This document shows positions 1 through 9,847 of a stretch of 64,000 nucleotides of DNA, piece by piece (position 1 is the first letter of the stretch; each line of letters opens with the position of its first letter). Both the position numbers and the translations under genes were made by a program. The DNA comes from a virus: IMG/VR virus record IMGVR_UViG_3300021505_000001, positions 64,001 to 128,000 of that record; one strand, 5' to 3'. The notes beneath the pieces are model-generated. The model ran no database searches. It was given only the letters and a program-made list of their open reading frames with translations, and had not been told where the DNA came from.

Positions 1-120
1 TTATTACATAAGGGGATGGTATCGCATTTTAATGATTTATATAATAAATAAGTTTCTACTAACTATTTGTTATCTTTAAGGATAAGTGAATTTTTGATTG
101 TTTTATATAAAAATAATATA

Positions 121-147
121 ACCTACTCCTGAAAGAGTGGGTTTTTT
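121..147 (+). terminator. Intrinsic terminator-like hairpin
   Basis: ACCTACTC-loop-GAGTGGGT followed by a T run. Confidence 0.55.
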
Positions 148-179
148 CTTTTAAAAATTTTATAGGAGAAGAATAAGTT

Positions 180-806
180 ATGTCTTCAATTTTTGAAAAT
201 TTTTATGGAGTAAATTTGTCTACTTTTAATAACCATCCTACATTTTTCGGTGCTGTATTTTTTGTAGGTGGTTGTAACTTGAGATGTTCTTGGTGTCATA
301 ACAAAAAAATTGTTCTTAAAAAAGGTGATCCTATAGATAAAGAAATATTACAGGACTTTATTAAAAGGTGTGCCTATTATCAAAAGAAATTTGGTGATTT
401 TTCTTTAACAATAACAGGAGGTGAGCCTACTATTTATTCTGATTTACCTAATTTCCTTGATTTTATAAAAAATGATTTTCCATCAATAAAATTAGATTCT
501 AATGGAATTAATTATAACATGTTAAAAGATATTTTAAAATATGATTTAGCTAATTTAATAGCTATAGATATTAAATATCCACCACAAAAGTATGCTCAAT
601 ATTTAGATGTCTCAGGTGATTTTTTATATAATATATTTGATTTATCAACTAAGTATAAAAATAAATTTCTTTTTAGAACTACCTTAAATAATGAGTTATC
701 TCTTAATGATACTGAAGAGATAGATCGGTTAATCAAAAGGTATAACTTACAACATAACTATCAAAAATTTATAGAACCTACAGAAACTTGGGAGGATTTG
801 AAGTAA
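180..806 (+). CDS. nrdG: Anaerobic ribonucleotide reductase activating enzyme (radical SAM)
   Basis: GCNLRCSWC CxxxCxxC motif, TGGEPT, adjacent to nrdD. Confidence 0.9.
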   Translation: MSSIFENFYGVNLSTFNNHPTFFGAVFFVGGCNLRCSWCHNKKIVLKKGDPIDKEILQDFIKRCAYYQKKFGDFSLTITGGEPTIYSDLPNFLDFIKNDFPSIKLDSNGINYNMLKDILKYDLANLIAIDIKYPPQKYAQYLDVSGDFLYNIFDLSTKYKNKFLFRTTLNNELSLNDTEEIDRLIKRYNLQHNYQKFIEPTETWEDLK

Positions 807-2911
807 TGGGAGATATAATTAACGTTAGAAAAAGGAATGGTCATTTGCAAGAATTTGATGGACAGAAGATTGAACAGGCTATAAAGAAAGCCTTTCTTGT
901 CTCAAATTTGGAAAGTAAATTAGATATTGTTCCTAAAATCACACAAGATGTTATTAATAAGATAAATGAAAATGATGAAAAATATTCTACTTCCATTGGG
1001 AAAGTAATAGATTTAGAAGAAATTCAAGATTTAGTAGAGGAAAGCCTTGTAAAATATAATCTTTACAGAGTTGCTAAAAATTATATTCTGTATAGAGAAA
1101 AGAAAAATGCTTTGAGAGAAAAGAAGAATGTCTTTGTAGATATTGATTCTTTATTTGGAGATTATCTAACATTAGAAAATTGGAGAGTTAAAGAAAATGC
1201 TAATATGGGTTACTCATATCAGGGATTAGTTTTAACCGTTAATAGTCTATTACAAAGTCAATATTGGTTACATTTATATACCGAGGAGATAAAAAATGCT
1301 CATAAACAAGGGTTTATACATCTACATGACCTTTCACAGTTAAGTGGATATTGTTCTGGCTGGTCTCTTTATGATATAATTTTGGAAGGATTTAACTTGG
1401 AAGGTAATGGATGTTGTTCAGCGCCAGCTAAACATCTTGATTCTTTATTCGGCCAAATAGTTAACTTCATTGGAACACTACAGAATGAATGGGCAGGGGC
1501 ACAAGGTATTAATTCTTTTGATACATTATGTGCCCCTTTTGTTTATTATGATGACCTATCTTATAAAGAAGTAAAACAATATATACAAAGGTTTGTATAT
1601 AATTTAAATACTTCATCTCGATGGGGTGGACAGTGTCCTTTTTCTAATATAACATTTGATATTATACCATCATCTAATTTTGCAAATCAACCTGTTATTA
1701 TAGGAGGTAAACCACAAAATAAAACTTATAAAGAGTTTCAAAGAGAAATGTTAATGATTGTTAAGGCTTACTTTGAGATTCTTTTAGAAGGAGATGCTTT
1801 TGGCAATCCTTTTACATTCCCTATACCTACTATAAATATAACAAAGGACTTTCCATGGGATAGTGAGATTGGAGAACTTATTTTTAAAGTTACAGGTAAG
1901 TATGGTAGTCCATATTTTCAAAATTTTATTAATTCTGAAATTTCTCCTGAAGATGTTAGAAGTTTTTGTTGTCGTTTACAGTTGGATAAACGTCAAATTG
2001 AAGAAAAATTTAAGAAGTTAGAAAATAAAACAGGAGGTTTATTTGGGTCTGGTGATTTAACAGGGTCTATAGGTGTTGTTACTATTAATTTAGCAAAGTT
2101 GGCTTATATTGCTAAGGATACTATTGAATTTTTTACTTTGTTATCACATTATGCACGATTAGCTAAGGACTCATTGGAATTTAAAAGACAGTTTTTAACT
2201 GAACAGTATGATAAAGGATTATATCCATTTACTAAAAGGTACTTAGGCAAAAGAAAATTTGATACTTATTTTTCTACTATAGGTATTATTGGAGGGCACG
2301 AAGCATGTATTAATCTGTTAGGTAAAGGTATTGAAACTAAAGAAGGTGTAAACTTGATGAAAAAAACTCTCAATTATTTAAGAGAATTATTAATTGAATT
2401 TCAAAAAGAGACAGGTAATATGTATAATCTTGAAGCAGTTCCTGGTGAGGGGGCATCTTATCGACTTGCTAAAATAGATAAAGAAATGTATAAAGATATT
2501 TATACTTCAGGAACGGAGGAAACACCTTATTATACAAACTCTACACAGTTACCTGTTACTATTAATGATACCTGGTTTGCTTTATTACACCAAAATAATT
2601 TACAACCACTTTATACAGGCGGTACTGTATTTCACGTTTTTGTAGGTGAGGATTTGTCTAATACTGTTAGACCATTACAGAATTTTGTTAAAACAGTCTT
2701 TACTAAAACAAAGTTACCTTATTTAACTATTACACCTACATTCAGTGTTTGTAAAAAGCATGGATATATAGCGGGAGAGCATTTTAACTGTCCAATATGT
2801 GATAATGAATGTAATGTCTTTTCAAGAGTTGTTGGATACTATAGACCTATACAAAGATGGAATGAAGGTAAAAAAGAGGAATTTAAAGACCGTAACTACT
2901 TTGCTGTGTAG
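806..2911 (+). CDS. nrdD: Class III anaerobic ribonucleoside-triphosphate reductase with N-terminal ATP cone
   Basis: VRKRNG ATP cone, IHLHDL, finger-loop RSFCCRL, C-terminal Zn site, SRVVGYY glycyl-radical motif; start moved to ATG 806 (TAATG overlap, GGAGG RBS). Confidence 0.95.
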   Translation: MGDIINVRKRNGHLQEFDGQKIEQAIKKAFLVSNLESKLDIVPKITQDVINKINENDEKYSTSIGKVIDLEEIQDLVEESLVKYNLYRVAKNYILYREKKNALREKKNVFVDIDSLFGDYLTLENWRVKENANMGYSYQGLVLTVNSLLQSQYWLHLYTEEIKNAHKQGFIHLHDLSQLSGYCSGWSLYDIILEGFNLEGNGCCSAPAKHLDSLFGQIVNFIGTLQNEWAGAQGINSFDTLCAPFVYYDDLSYKEVKQYIQRFVYNLNTSSRWGGQCPFSNITFDIIPSSNFANQPVIIGGKPQNKTYKEFQREMLMIVKAYFEILLEGDAFGNPFTFPIPTINITKDFPWDSEIGELIFKVTGKYGSPYFQNFINSEISPEDVRSFCCRLQLDKRQIEEKFKKLENKTGGLFGSGDLTGSIGVVTINLAKLAYIAKDTIEFFTLLSHYARLAKDSLEFKRQFLTEQYDKGLYPFTKRYLGKRKFDTYFSTIGIIGGHEACINLLGKGIETKEGVNLMKKTLNYLRELLIEFQKETGNMYNLEAVPGEGASYRLAKIDKEMYKDIYTSGTEETPYYTNSTQLPVTINDTWFALLHQNNLQPLYTGGTVFHVFVGEDLSNTVRPLQNFVKTVFTKTKLPYLTITPTFSVCKKHGYIAGEHFNCPICDNECNVFSRVVGYYRPIQRWNEGKKEEFKDRNYFAV

Positions 2912-2922
2912 TAGGTTCAGCT

Positions 2923-3294
2923 ATGGATACGTGTCTTTATACTATAAAAGAAGGGAAAGCCTATGATGATAAGGGCAATGAAATAGATATTGGTTTAGTT
3001 TCTGATGGACACCATACATTTAATGAGTTATATGAACGACAATATTTATTGATCATTGCTTTAATGCAAGCTCATCCTAGGCTTTCCTGGAAGTCTAAGA
3101 AGGGAGAAAATGGTAGTCCTTTAGAAGGAGAGTTTGCTGTTGGTATGAATCTACCTGTAGGGCAGGTCACATTTTATATTCCCATAAAATTTTGGGATAT
3201 AACAGATGTACAGGAAATACCAAAAGCACTTGTATTTGATAGACACAATTCAAAGGATATAACAAATAGGTTAAGACAGTTTATTTCTATATAA
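2923..3294 (+). CDS. Conserved phage hypothetical protein
   Basis: SDGHHTFNELY motif typical of a common small phage family. Confidence 0.6.
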   Translation: MDTCLYTIKEGKAYDDKGNEIDIGLVSDGHHTFNELYERQYLLIIALMQAHPRLSWKSKKGENGSPLEGEFAVGMNLPVGQVTFYIPIKFWDITDVQEIPKALVFDRHNSKDITNRLRQFISI

Positions 3295-3317
3295 ATGTAG
3301 ATGATGTGGTTTATTTT

Positions 3318-3352
3318 AAAAGTCTCTTAGATTATTTCTAAGAGACTTTTTT
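3318..3352 (+). terminator. Intrinsic terminator
   Basis: AAAAGTCTCTTAG/CTAAGAGACTTTT stem plus T run. Confidence 0.75.
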
Positions 3353-3492
3353 GTTGATATTTTTTTGAGGAACGTATATTATTAAGGAATAGAAACAATA
3401 ATTTTTCTTATATTTTTACTTGGCAAAGTCAGTAAATTATTATATATAATAGAAAAATTTGGGAAAACTAATTAATATAAGGAGAGTAGTTA

Positions 3493-3960
3493 ATGTATCC
3501 TAAAACAGCGATATTTGTTATTATTATGATGATTATAAATATCTTAGTTATAAATATCTTTTTACATAGAGAAAAGGAAATAATAAGAACCCAAAAGGCT
3601 AAAATGGAAGCCTTAAGTGCAAGATTAGAAAAAAAGTTAAATAAATTAACTGTTTACAAAGTAAATGTGACTTTTTATTCTTTAACTAAGAAAGAGTGTG
3701 ATAACAACCCCTTTGTTAATGCTCTTGGTCTTAAACCTATTGTTGGTAGAGACATAGCTGTTAGCAGAGATTTGATTCATTTACTAGGTAAATATGTATA
3801 TATTGAGGGTTATGGTGTAAGATATGTAACTGATTTGATGAATAAGAGATATAAAAAAAGTGTAGATATTTTAGTACCTAATTCAAAGTTAGCTTTGAAA
3901 TTGGGCAGAAAGGAAAATGTTAAATTAGTTGTGATAGGTAATAGATTAAGTAAAAAATAA
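3493..3960 (+). CDS. Membrane-anchored 3D-domain (cell-wall associated) protein
   Basis: N-terminal TM segment, coiled coil, IAVSRD..G.YVYIEGYG....D......VDI pattern. Confidence 0.7.
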   Translation: MYPKTAIFVIIMMIINILVINIFLHREKEIIRTQKAKMEALSARLEKKLNKLTVYKVNVTFYSLTKKECDNNPFVNALGLKPIVGRDIAVSRDLIHLLGKYVYIEGYGVRYVTDLMNKRYKKSVDILVPNSKLALKLGRKENVKLVVIGNRLSKK

Positions 3961-4030
3961 TTTTATTTTTTTGTTTCTACAATGTATCTTTAAGTAAAGA
4001 TAATTTTTAACTTATAAAGGAGGTTTTTCA

Positions 4031-4228
4031 ATGTATGAAGTTATCACAAGAAGTGGAAAAATTGTAGCGGTTGGGTTTAAAAGCAGGGAAGAGGCAAAAC
4101 GGGTTAGAACAGATAAACAGTTTGTTATACGATCAGAGAATCATCCATTAGGCAGGTCTAAATTTAGGGCATTACGTTCTGAAGTAATTAGAGATAAGAA
4201 AGGAAGGAAAACAATAAGGATACAGTAG
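4031..4228 (+). CDS. Small basic hypothetical protein
   Basis: ORF with AAGGAGG RBS. Confidence 0.6.
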   Translation: MYEVITRSGKIVAVGFKSREEAKRVRTDKQFVIRSENHPLGRSKFRALRSEVIRDKKGRKTIRIQ

Positions 4229-4323
4229 ATATTTTGTATTGTAAGTGCTTAGTTATATAAGAATATTAAACATATATAACTAAGTATTAAATTTTATACA
4301 AGTTTACAGGAGGATTTTTAATC

Positions 4324-4845
4324 ATGATGAGATATGTTTCTAAAACTAAGTATGATAACAAGGATTTTTATTTAACAAAAATTAAGACCAAAAGTGATTA
4401 TATCAATTTGTATCTTCCAATTGGTTTTGAACAAATTAAACGAATAAGAGATAAAGAAAGTAAAAAGTTTAAAAAGGTATTATTTTTTCCAGTTTATCAT
4501 ACATCTTTGAGAACACCTACTAAATATGGGTTGCCTATTAAAGGATATGTTGTAATAAACAATAAAATAGATTTGTTTGCTGTTAAAAAACAAAACCATC
4601 ATTTACTTCTACTAAAGAAGAATGATGATTCTACTAAAGTTGAATTGCCTGATGATGTTTCTATCGTTAATGAAATTAAAGCTGATAATTTGGTGCTATT
4701 AGAGGTTATTTCTGAAAAAACAACATTTGTTAAGATTCGGAAGAAAGACAAAACTTTTAATGTTAAACTCTACGGTAAAACAAAAGATAGTGATTTTGAA
4801 TCAGGTGAACTTAATACTATTTTTCGGTGGTATTCTATTAAATAA
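4324..4845 (+). CDS. Hypothetical protein
   Basis: ORF with AGGAGG RBS. Confidence 0.6.
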   Translation: MMRYVSKTKYDNKDFYLTKIKTKSDYINLYLPIGFEQIKRIRDKESKKFKKVLFFPVYHTSLRTPTKYGLPIKGYVVINNKIDLFAVKKQNHHLLLLKKNDDSTKVELPDDVSIVNEIKADNLVLLEVISEKTTFVKIRKKDKTFNVKLYGKTKDSDFESGELNTIFRWYSIK

Positions 4846-4867
4846 ACATTATGTGAGGAAAAATACA

Positions 4868-5056
4868 ATGAAAAATTTGGAAACAATTGAAGGATGTCTA
4901 TCTGTAGAGGAATTAGGAGTAGCGTTAAAGCGTCATGCTGAATTAATGGTAGATAATTCTACAGATGGTTTTGTAAACAGACTTCGTCTAGAAGGTATGC
5001 GTGCCCTTTGTGATTTGTACGAAAAATATAATAATAGACTAATCAAACATAATTAA
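4868..5056 (+). CDS. Hypothetical protein
   Basis: Start moved to ATG 4868 behind GAGG. Confidence 0.5.
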   Translation: MKNLETIEGCLSVEELGVALKRHAELMVDNSTDGFVNRLRLEGMRALCDLYEKYNNRLIKHN

Positions 5057-5078
5057 AATCTTATTAACATAAAAGGAG

Positions 5079-5447
5079 GTGTACAAATTGTTCAAAAAAA
5101 TAACAATTATATCGATTGTACTGATGGCCTTAATGTTTTTTGTTGTTATCAATGTTCAAAAGAAACATATTACTATGGAAGATGAAATTATAAATTTGGT
5201 TAAAGAATATCAAGGTGTTTCAAAAATCACTATTATTCAGATTATGCTACGTAGGGGGTATAATTTGGATGATATTAGAGAAAAAATTGATATTCTTAAT
5301 ATTAATTGGAAACATCAAGCCCTTATGATGGGATGGAAGTTACTCCAATTTGATTTGAAGAAAGATGAGATGATAAAATGTTTGAAATTTCAAAAGTTTA
5401 CTGATGAAGAAGTAAACTATGCAATTAATCAAATATTTAAAAAGTAA
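5079..5447 (+). CDS. Hypothetical membrane-anchored protein
   Basis: N-terminal hydrophobic segment. Confidence 0.5.
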   Translation: MYKLFKKITIISIVLMALMFFVVINVQKKHITMEDEIINLVKEYQGVSKITIIQIMLRRGYNLDDIREKIDILNINWKHQALMMGWKLLQFDLKKDEMIKCLKFQKFTDEEVNYAINQIFKK

Positions 5448-5585
5448 ACTCAAAACAATAATAGACTTGTTATAGTTGTTTTGTAATTCATTCTAACCCT
5501 TACTTTGCAAGGTTGGTTTTGAATTGAACCTTTTCTATATTTTTCTATGGAATTGGGAAATATTATACAATAAAGGAGGTTTATT

Positions 5586-5816
5586 TTGTACGGTTGTATA
5601 AGAATTTCCTCTGCTGGTGAAGCAGGATGTTTACATAAACTAATAGTTTTTGATTGTTATAAAAAACACTTTCGGTTTTTTACTCTCTATTATTGTAGTA
5701 ATACTATTTTTGGCTGTTTATCCTTATGGTGGAATATAAAAAAACTGAAGAAAAGAGCTTATCTTGCTCATTGTTCAACTTGTGAACACCGTACAAAATG
5801 TTTTGATTTGATATAA
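5586..5816 (+). CDS. Small Cys-rich hypothetical protein
   Basis: AAGGAGG RBS, TTG start. Confidence 0.4.
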   Translation: MYGCIRISSAGEAGCLHKLIVFDCYKKHFRFFTLYYCSNTIFGCLSLWWNIKKLKKRAYLAHCSTCEHRTKCFDLI

Positions 5817-5870
5817 AGTAGAAAACCAAAAAATATTAATAATATCAGTGTAGTTAGGAGTAAATAAGAA

Positions 5871-6524
5871 ATGAAGCCAGAATTTATTGTTGCAAGAGAT
5901 TTACCTGATGCTTGGTTTCAATGTGTATACAGGTTACTTGAAATAGGACATGAGTACATTATAGATAGAGGAAGCTATAAGGGTCAAAAACGCCTTGAGT
6001 TTGATTATATAACTGTGCATATAAAATATCCTTCCACTCGTCCTTTACTTCCTGAAATTCCCCCTAATTTAAATATACCCAATCCTGTCTCGGAGGAGTA
6101 TCTTGAACAATATCTCCCATACCTTATGACGTCTGCAAAACAGCCTGATGAAGAGTATACGTATGGTCAATATCTTGAGCCACAGATCAATGAGGTTATA
6201 CGTATGTATAAAGAGGAGGGGCATGGTACAAATCAGGCTTATATGACTATAGGAGATCCTCAATCGATATATCTTGATAATCCACCTTGTTTGAGAGGTA
6301 TAGATACACGTATCAAGGATGGTAAACTACATTTTTTCGTTTATTTTCGTTCTAACGATTTGTGGAACGGATTTCCTGTAAATCTTGCTTCTATTCAGTT
6401 ATTAAAAGAGTATATGGCTTTAAGTATTGGTGTCAATGATGGGGAGGTAATTTATTCTTGTAAGGGGCTCCATCTGTACGACTATGTTTGGGAGCTTGCT
6501 AAAAAGAGAATAGGAAAAGAATAA
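5871..6524 (+). CDS. thyA: Thymidylate synthase, short archaeal-like type
   Basis: YTYG, catalytic PPCL, RSNDLWNGFPVN (Asn at the dUMP-specificity position), HLY. Confidence 0.85.
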   Translation: MKPEFIVARDLPDAWFQCVYRLLEIGHEYIIDRGSYKGQKRLEFDYITVHIKYPSTRPLLPEIPPNLNIPNPVSEEYLEQYLPYLMTSAKQPDEEYTYGQYLEPQINEVIRMYKEEGHGTNQAYMTIGDPQSIYLDNPPCLRGIDTRIKDGKLHFFVYFRSNDLWNGFPVNLASIQLLKEYMALSIGVNDGEVIYSCKGLHLYDYVWELAKKRIGKE

Positions 6525-6555
6525 TTTACCGACTATAAAAGAGTAAAGTATTAAA

Positions 6556-7689
6556 ATGAACTTTTATAAAATTTTAAATAAAGAAGAAATTCATCACGGT
6601 TTAAAATATCATGATGGATTAAATATAGACCCATTACCTTTTAATCCTAACGGAGATTGTAAGCCTGGTGGTATTTATTTTTCAAGAGAAGATATTCTAG
6701 CTTTTTTAAATTATGGAATATGGATAAGGCAGGTTACTCTTCCAGAAGGAGAAACAATATATGAAAACCCAGGTTCTCCTAAAAAATGGAAAGCTAAGAA
6801 GGTTATTTTAGGAAAGCGAAAAAGAATCAATTTAAAAGTTATCAAAGGATTAATAAAAGAAGGTGCTAATATTCATGCAGGTCATGTTGATGCTTTAATG
6901 TGGTCAGCAGAGAAAGGTTACTTTGATATAGTTAAGTATCTGGTAGAGAATGGAGCTAATATACATGCAAACGATGATTATGCTTTAAGATTATCGGCAC
7001 AAAAAGGATATTTTAATATAGTTAAGTACTTAGTAGAAAATGGTGCTAATATCCACGCTAGGAATGATTATGCTTTAAGATTAGCAGCCGAAAATGGTCA
7101 TTTTAAAATAGTTAAGTACTTAGTGGAAAATGGTGCTGATATACATGCTAGAAATGATAATGCTTTAATATGGTCAGCAGAAAAAGGTCATTTTGAAGTA
7201 GTTAAATACTTAGTGGAAAATGGTGCTGATATACATGTAAGAGGTGATTATGCTTTAAGATTAGCAGCACGAAAAGGTCATCTTGATATAGTTAAGTATA
7301 TAGTAGAGAATGGTGCTAATATCCACGCTAGAAATGATTGTGCTTTAATATGGTCAGCAGAAAAAGGTCATTTTGAAGTAGTTAAGTATTTAATAGATAA
7401 AGGTGCTAATATCCACGCTAGAAATGATTGTGCTTTAATGTGGTCGGCACGAAAAGGTTACCTTGATATAGTTAAATATCTGGTAGAGAATGGAGCTAAT
7501 ATCCACGCTAGAAATGATTATGCTTTAATATTATCAGCCTATTATGGTCATTTTGAAGTAGTTAAGTACTTGGTAGAGAATGGAGCTAATATACATACGG
7601 ATGATGATTGTGCTTTAAGATTAGCAACTGAAAAAGGTCACCTTAATGTGGTTGAGTACTTAGAAGGAAAAGGAAAGGAGAAACTATAA
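6556..7689 (+). CDS. Ankyrin-repeat protein 1 (~100-aa N-terminal domain plus 9 x 30-aa repeats)
   Basis: GANIHAxxDxALxxSAxxGxxxIVKYLVEN repeats. Confidence 0.95.
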   Translation: MNFYKILNKEEIHHGLKYHDGLNIDPLPFNPNGDCKPGGIYFSREDILAFLNYGIWIRQVTLPEGETIYENPGSPKKWKAKKVILGKRKRINLKVIKGLIKEGANIHAGHVDALMWSAEKGYFDIVKYLVENGANIHANDDYALRLSAQKGYFNIVKYLVENGANIHARNDYALRLAAENGHFKIVKYLVENGADIHARNDNALIWSAEKGHFEVVKYLVENGADIHVRGDYALRLAARKGHLDIVKYIVENGANIHARNDCALIWSAEKGHFEVVKYLIDKGANIHARNDCALMWSARKGYLDIVKYLVENGANIHARNDYALILSAYYGHFEVVKYLVENGANIHTDDDCALRLATEKGHLNVVEYLEGKGKEKL

Positions 7690-7761
7690 ATAAAAAAGGG
7701 TTTTAACTATAATAAAATATGTTTGGGAACTTGCCAAAAAAAGAATAGGAAAAGTATTAAA

Positions 7762-8232
7762 ATGAACTTTTATAAAATTTTAAATGAAGAAGAAATTCAT
7801 TGTGGCTTAGAGTATCATGATGGACTAAATATAGACCCATTACCTTTTAACCCTGCTGGAGACTGTAGACCCGGTGGTATTTATTTTTCAAGAGAAGATA
7901 TTTTAGCTTTTTTAGGTTATGGGCCTTGGATAAGACAAGTAACGATTCCAAAAGGAGAACAAATATATGAAAACCCTGGTTTTCCTAAGAAATGGAAAGC
8001 TAAGAAGGTCATCTTAGGGAAGCGAAGAAGAATTAGTTTACAAGTTATTAAAGAATTAGTAAAAGAAGGTGCTAATATTCATGCAGGTAATGATAAAGCT
8101 TTAGTATGGTCAGCACAAAAAGGTTATCTTGAAGTAGTCAAGTTTTTAATAAAAAAAGGTGCTAATATACATGCAAGAGGTGATTATGCTTTAAGATTAT
8201 TAACACAAAATGGTCATTTTAAAAGTAGTTAA
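7762..8232 (+). CDS. Ankyrin-repeat protein 2 (2 repeats, frameshifted C-terminal cap; possible pseudogene)
   Basis: Same N-terminal domain; extra A at ~8221-8224 puts VVKYLEGK out of frame. Confidence 0.8.
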   Translation: MNFYKILNEEEIHCGLEYHDGLNIDPLPFNPAGDCRPGGIYFSREDILAFLGYGPWIRQVTIPKGEQIYENPGFPKKWKAKKVILGKRRRISLQVIKELVKEGANIHAGNDKALVWSAQKGYLEVVKFLIKKGANIHARGDYALRLLTQNGHFKSS

Positions 8233-8265
8233 ATATTTAGAAGGAAAAAAAGAAAGAAATAAAAT

Positions 8266-8349
8266 ATATTTTATAGCTATCCAAAATAATTTTTTCTTGA
8301 TATACTTTAATAAACAGTATATTTTTATTAAAAGGAGAAACTATAAATA
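8266..8349 (+). repeat. 84-bp direct repeat, copy 1 (contains TTGATA-17-TATTTT and AGGAG)
   Basis: Matches 9764-9847 with one mismatch. Confidence 0.9.
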
Positions 8350-8363
8350 GGAAAGGTATTAAA

Positions 8364-9761
8364 ATGAACTTTTATAAAATTTTAAATGAAGAAGAAATTC
8401 ATCATGGCTTAAAGTATTATGATGGATTAAATATAGACCCATTACCTTTTAACCCTACTGGAAATTGCGAACCTGGTGGTATTTATTTTTCAAAAGAAGA
8501 TATTCTAGCTTTTTTAGGTTATGGGCCTTGGATTAGACAAGTAATGATTCCAGAAGGAGAACAAATATATGAAAACCCAGGTTATCCTAAAAAATGGAAA
8601 GCTAAAAAAGTTGTCTTGGGGAAAAGACGAAGAATTAATTTAAAAGTTATTAAAAAATTGGTAAAAGAAGGTGCTGATATACATGCGGGTTATGATTATG
8701 CTTTAATGTGGTCAGCAGAGAAAGGTTATCTTGATATAGTTAAGTATTTAATAGAGAATGGAGCTAATATACATGCGGGTAATGATTATGCTTTAAGATT
8801 ATCAGCGGAAAAAGGACATTTTGAAGTAGTTAAATACTTGGTAGAGAATGGAGCTAATATACATGCTAGAGATGATTATGCTTTAAGATTATCGGCACAA
8901 AAAGGATATTTTAATATAGTTAAGTATTTAATAGAGAATGGAGCTAATATACATGCAAATGGTGATTACGTTTTAAGATTATCAGTACGAAAAGGTTATC
9001 TTGATATAGTTAAGTATCTGGTAGAAAAAGGAGCTGATATACATGCGGGTAATGATTATGCTTTAAGATTATCGGTACGAAAAGGATATTTTAATATAGT
9101 TAAATACTTAGTGGAAAAAGGAGCTAATATACATGCAAATGATGATTACGTTTTAAGATTGTCGGCACGAAAAGGATATTTTAATATAGTTAAATACTTA
9201 GTGGAAAAAGGAGCTAATATACATGCAAGAGGTGATAATGCTTTAATATTGTCAGCATGTTATGGTCATCTTGATATAGTTAAGTATCTGGTAGAGAATG
9301 GAGCTGATATACATGCGGATAAGGATTATGCTTTAATGTGGTCAGCAGAAAAAGGTTACCTTGATATAGTTAAATATCTGGTAGAAAAAGGTGCTAATAT
9401 TCATGCGGGTTATGATTATGCTTTAAGATTAGCAGCTGAAAATGGTCATTTTAAAGTAGTTAAATATCTGGTAGAGAATGGAGCTAATATACATGCTAGG
9501 AATGATTATGCTTTAAGATTAGCAGCGGAAAAAGGTTACCTTGATATAGTTAAATATCTGGTAGAGAATGGAGCTAATATACATGCTAGAGATGATTATG
9601 CTTTAAGATTATCAGCGGAAAAAGGACATTTTGATATAGTTAAGTATCTGGTAGAGAATGGAGCTAATATACATGCAGGTAATGATTATGCTTTAATGAG
9701 GTCAATAGAAAAAGGTCATCTTGATATAATAAAGTACTTAGAAGGAAAAAAGAAAGGATAA
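8364..9761 (+). CDS. Ankyrin-repeat protein 3 (N-terminal domain plus 12 x 30-aa repeats)
   Basis: Paralog of 6556..7689. Confidence 0.95.
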   Translation: MNFYKILNEEEIHHGLKYYDGLNIDPLPFNPTGNCEPGGIYFSKEDILAFLGYGPWIRQVMIPEGEQIYENPGYPKKWKAKKVVLGKRRRINLKVIKKLVKEGADIHAGYDYALMWSAEKGYLDIVKYLIENGANIHAGNDYALRLSAEKGHFEVVKYLVENGANIHARDDYALRLSAQKGYFNIVKYLIENGANIHANGDYVLRLSVRKGYLDIVKYLVEKGADIHAGNDYALRLSVRKGYFNIVKYLVEKGANIHANDDYVLRLSARKGYFNIVKYLVEKGANIHARGDNALILSACYGHLDIVKYLVENGADIHADKDYALMWSAEKGYLDIVKYLVEKGANIHAGYDYALRLAAENGHFKVVKYLVENGANIHARNDYALRLAAEKGYLDIVKYLVENGANIHARDDYALRLSAEKGHFDIVKYLVENGANIHAGNDYALMRSIEKGHLDIIKYLEGKKKG

Positions 9762-9763
9762 AC

Positions 9764-9847
9764 ATATTTTATAGCTATCCAAAATAATTTTTTCTTGATA
9801 TACTTTAATAAACAGTATATTTTTATTAAAAGGAGAAGCTATAAATA
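9764..9847 (+). repeat. 84-bp direct repeat, copy 2
   Basis: Matches 8266-8349 with one mismatch. Confidence 0.9.

Noticed and set aside
5871-6524. dCMP hydroxymethylase or base-modification enzyme
   Set aside because: The specificity residue is Asn (FPVN), as in dUMP-using enzymes, and no modification genes are adjacent. A dUMP hydroxymethylase is not strictly excluded.
6860-9740. CRISPR array
   Set aside because: The 90-bp periodicity is in-frame coding repeat with no unique spacers, and no cas genes are present.
6556-9761. Diversity-generating retroelement acting on the ankyrin genes
   Set aside because: No reverse transcriptase or non-coding template repeat in the window, and differences between repeats are not confined to adenines.
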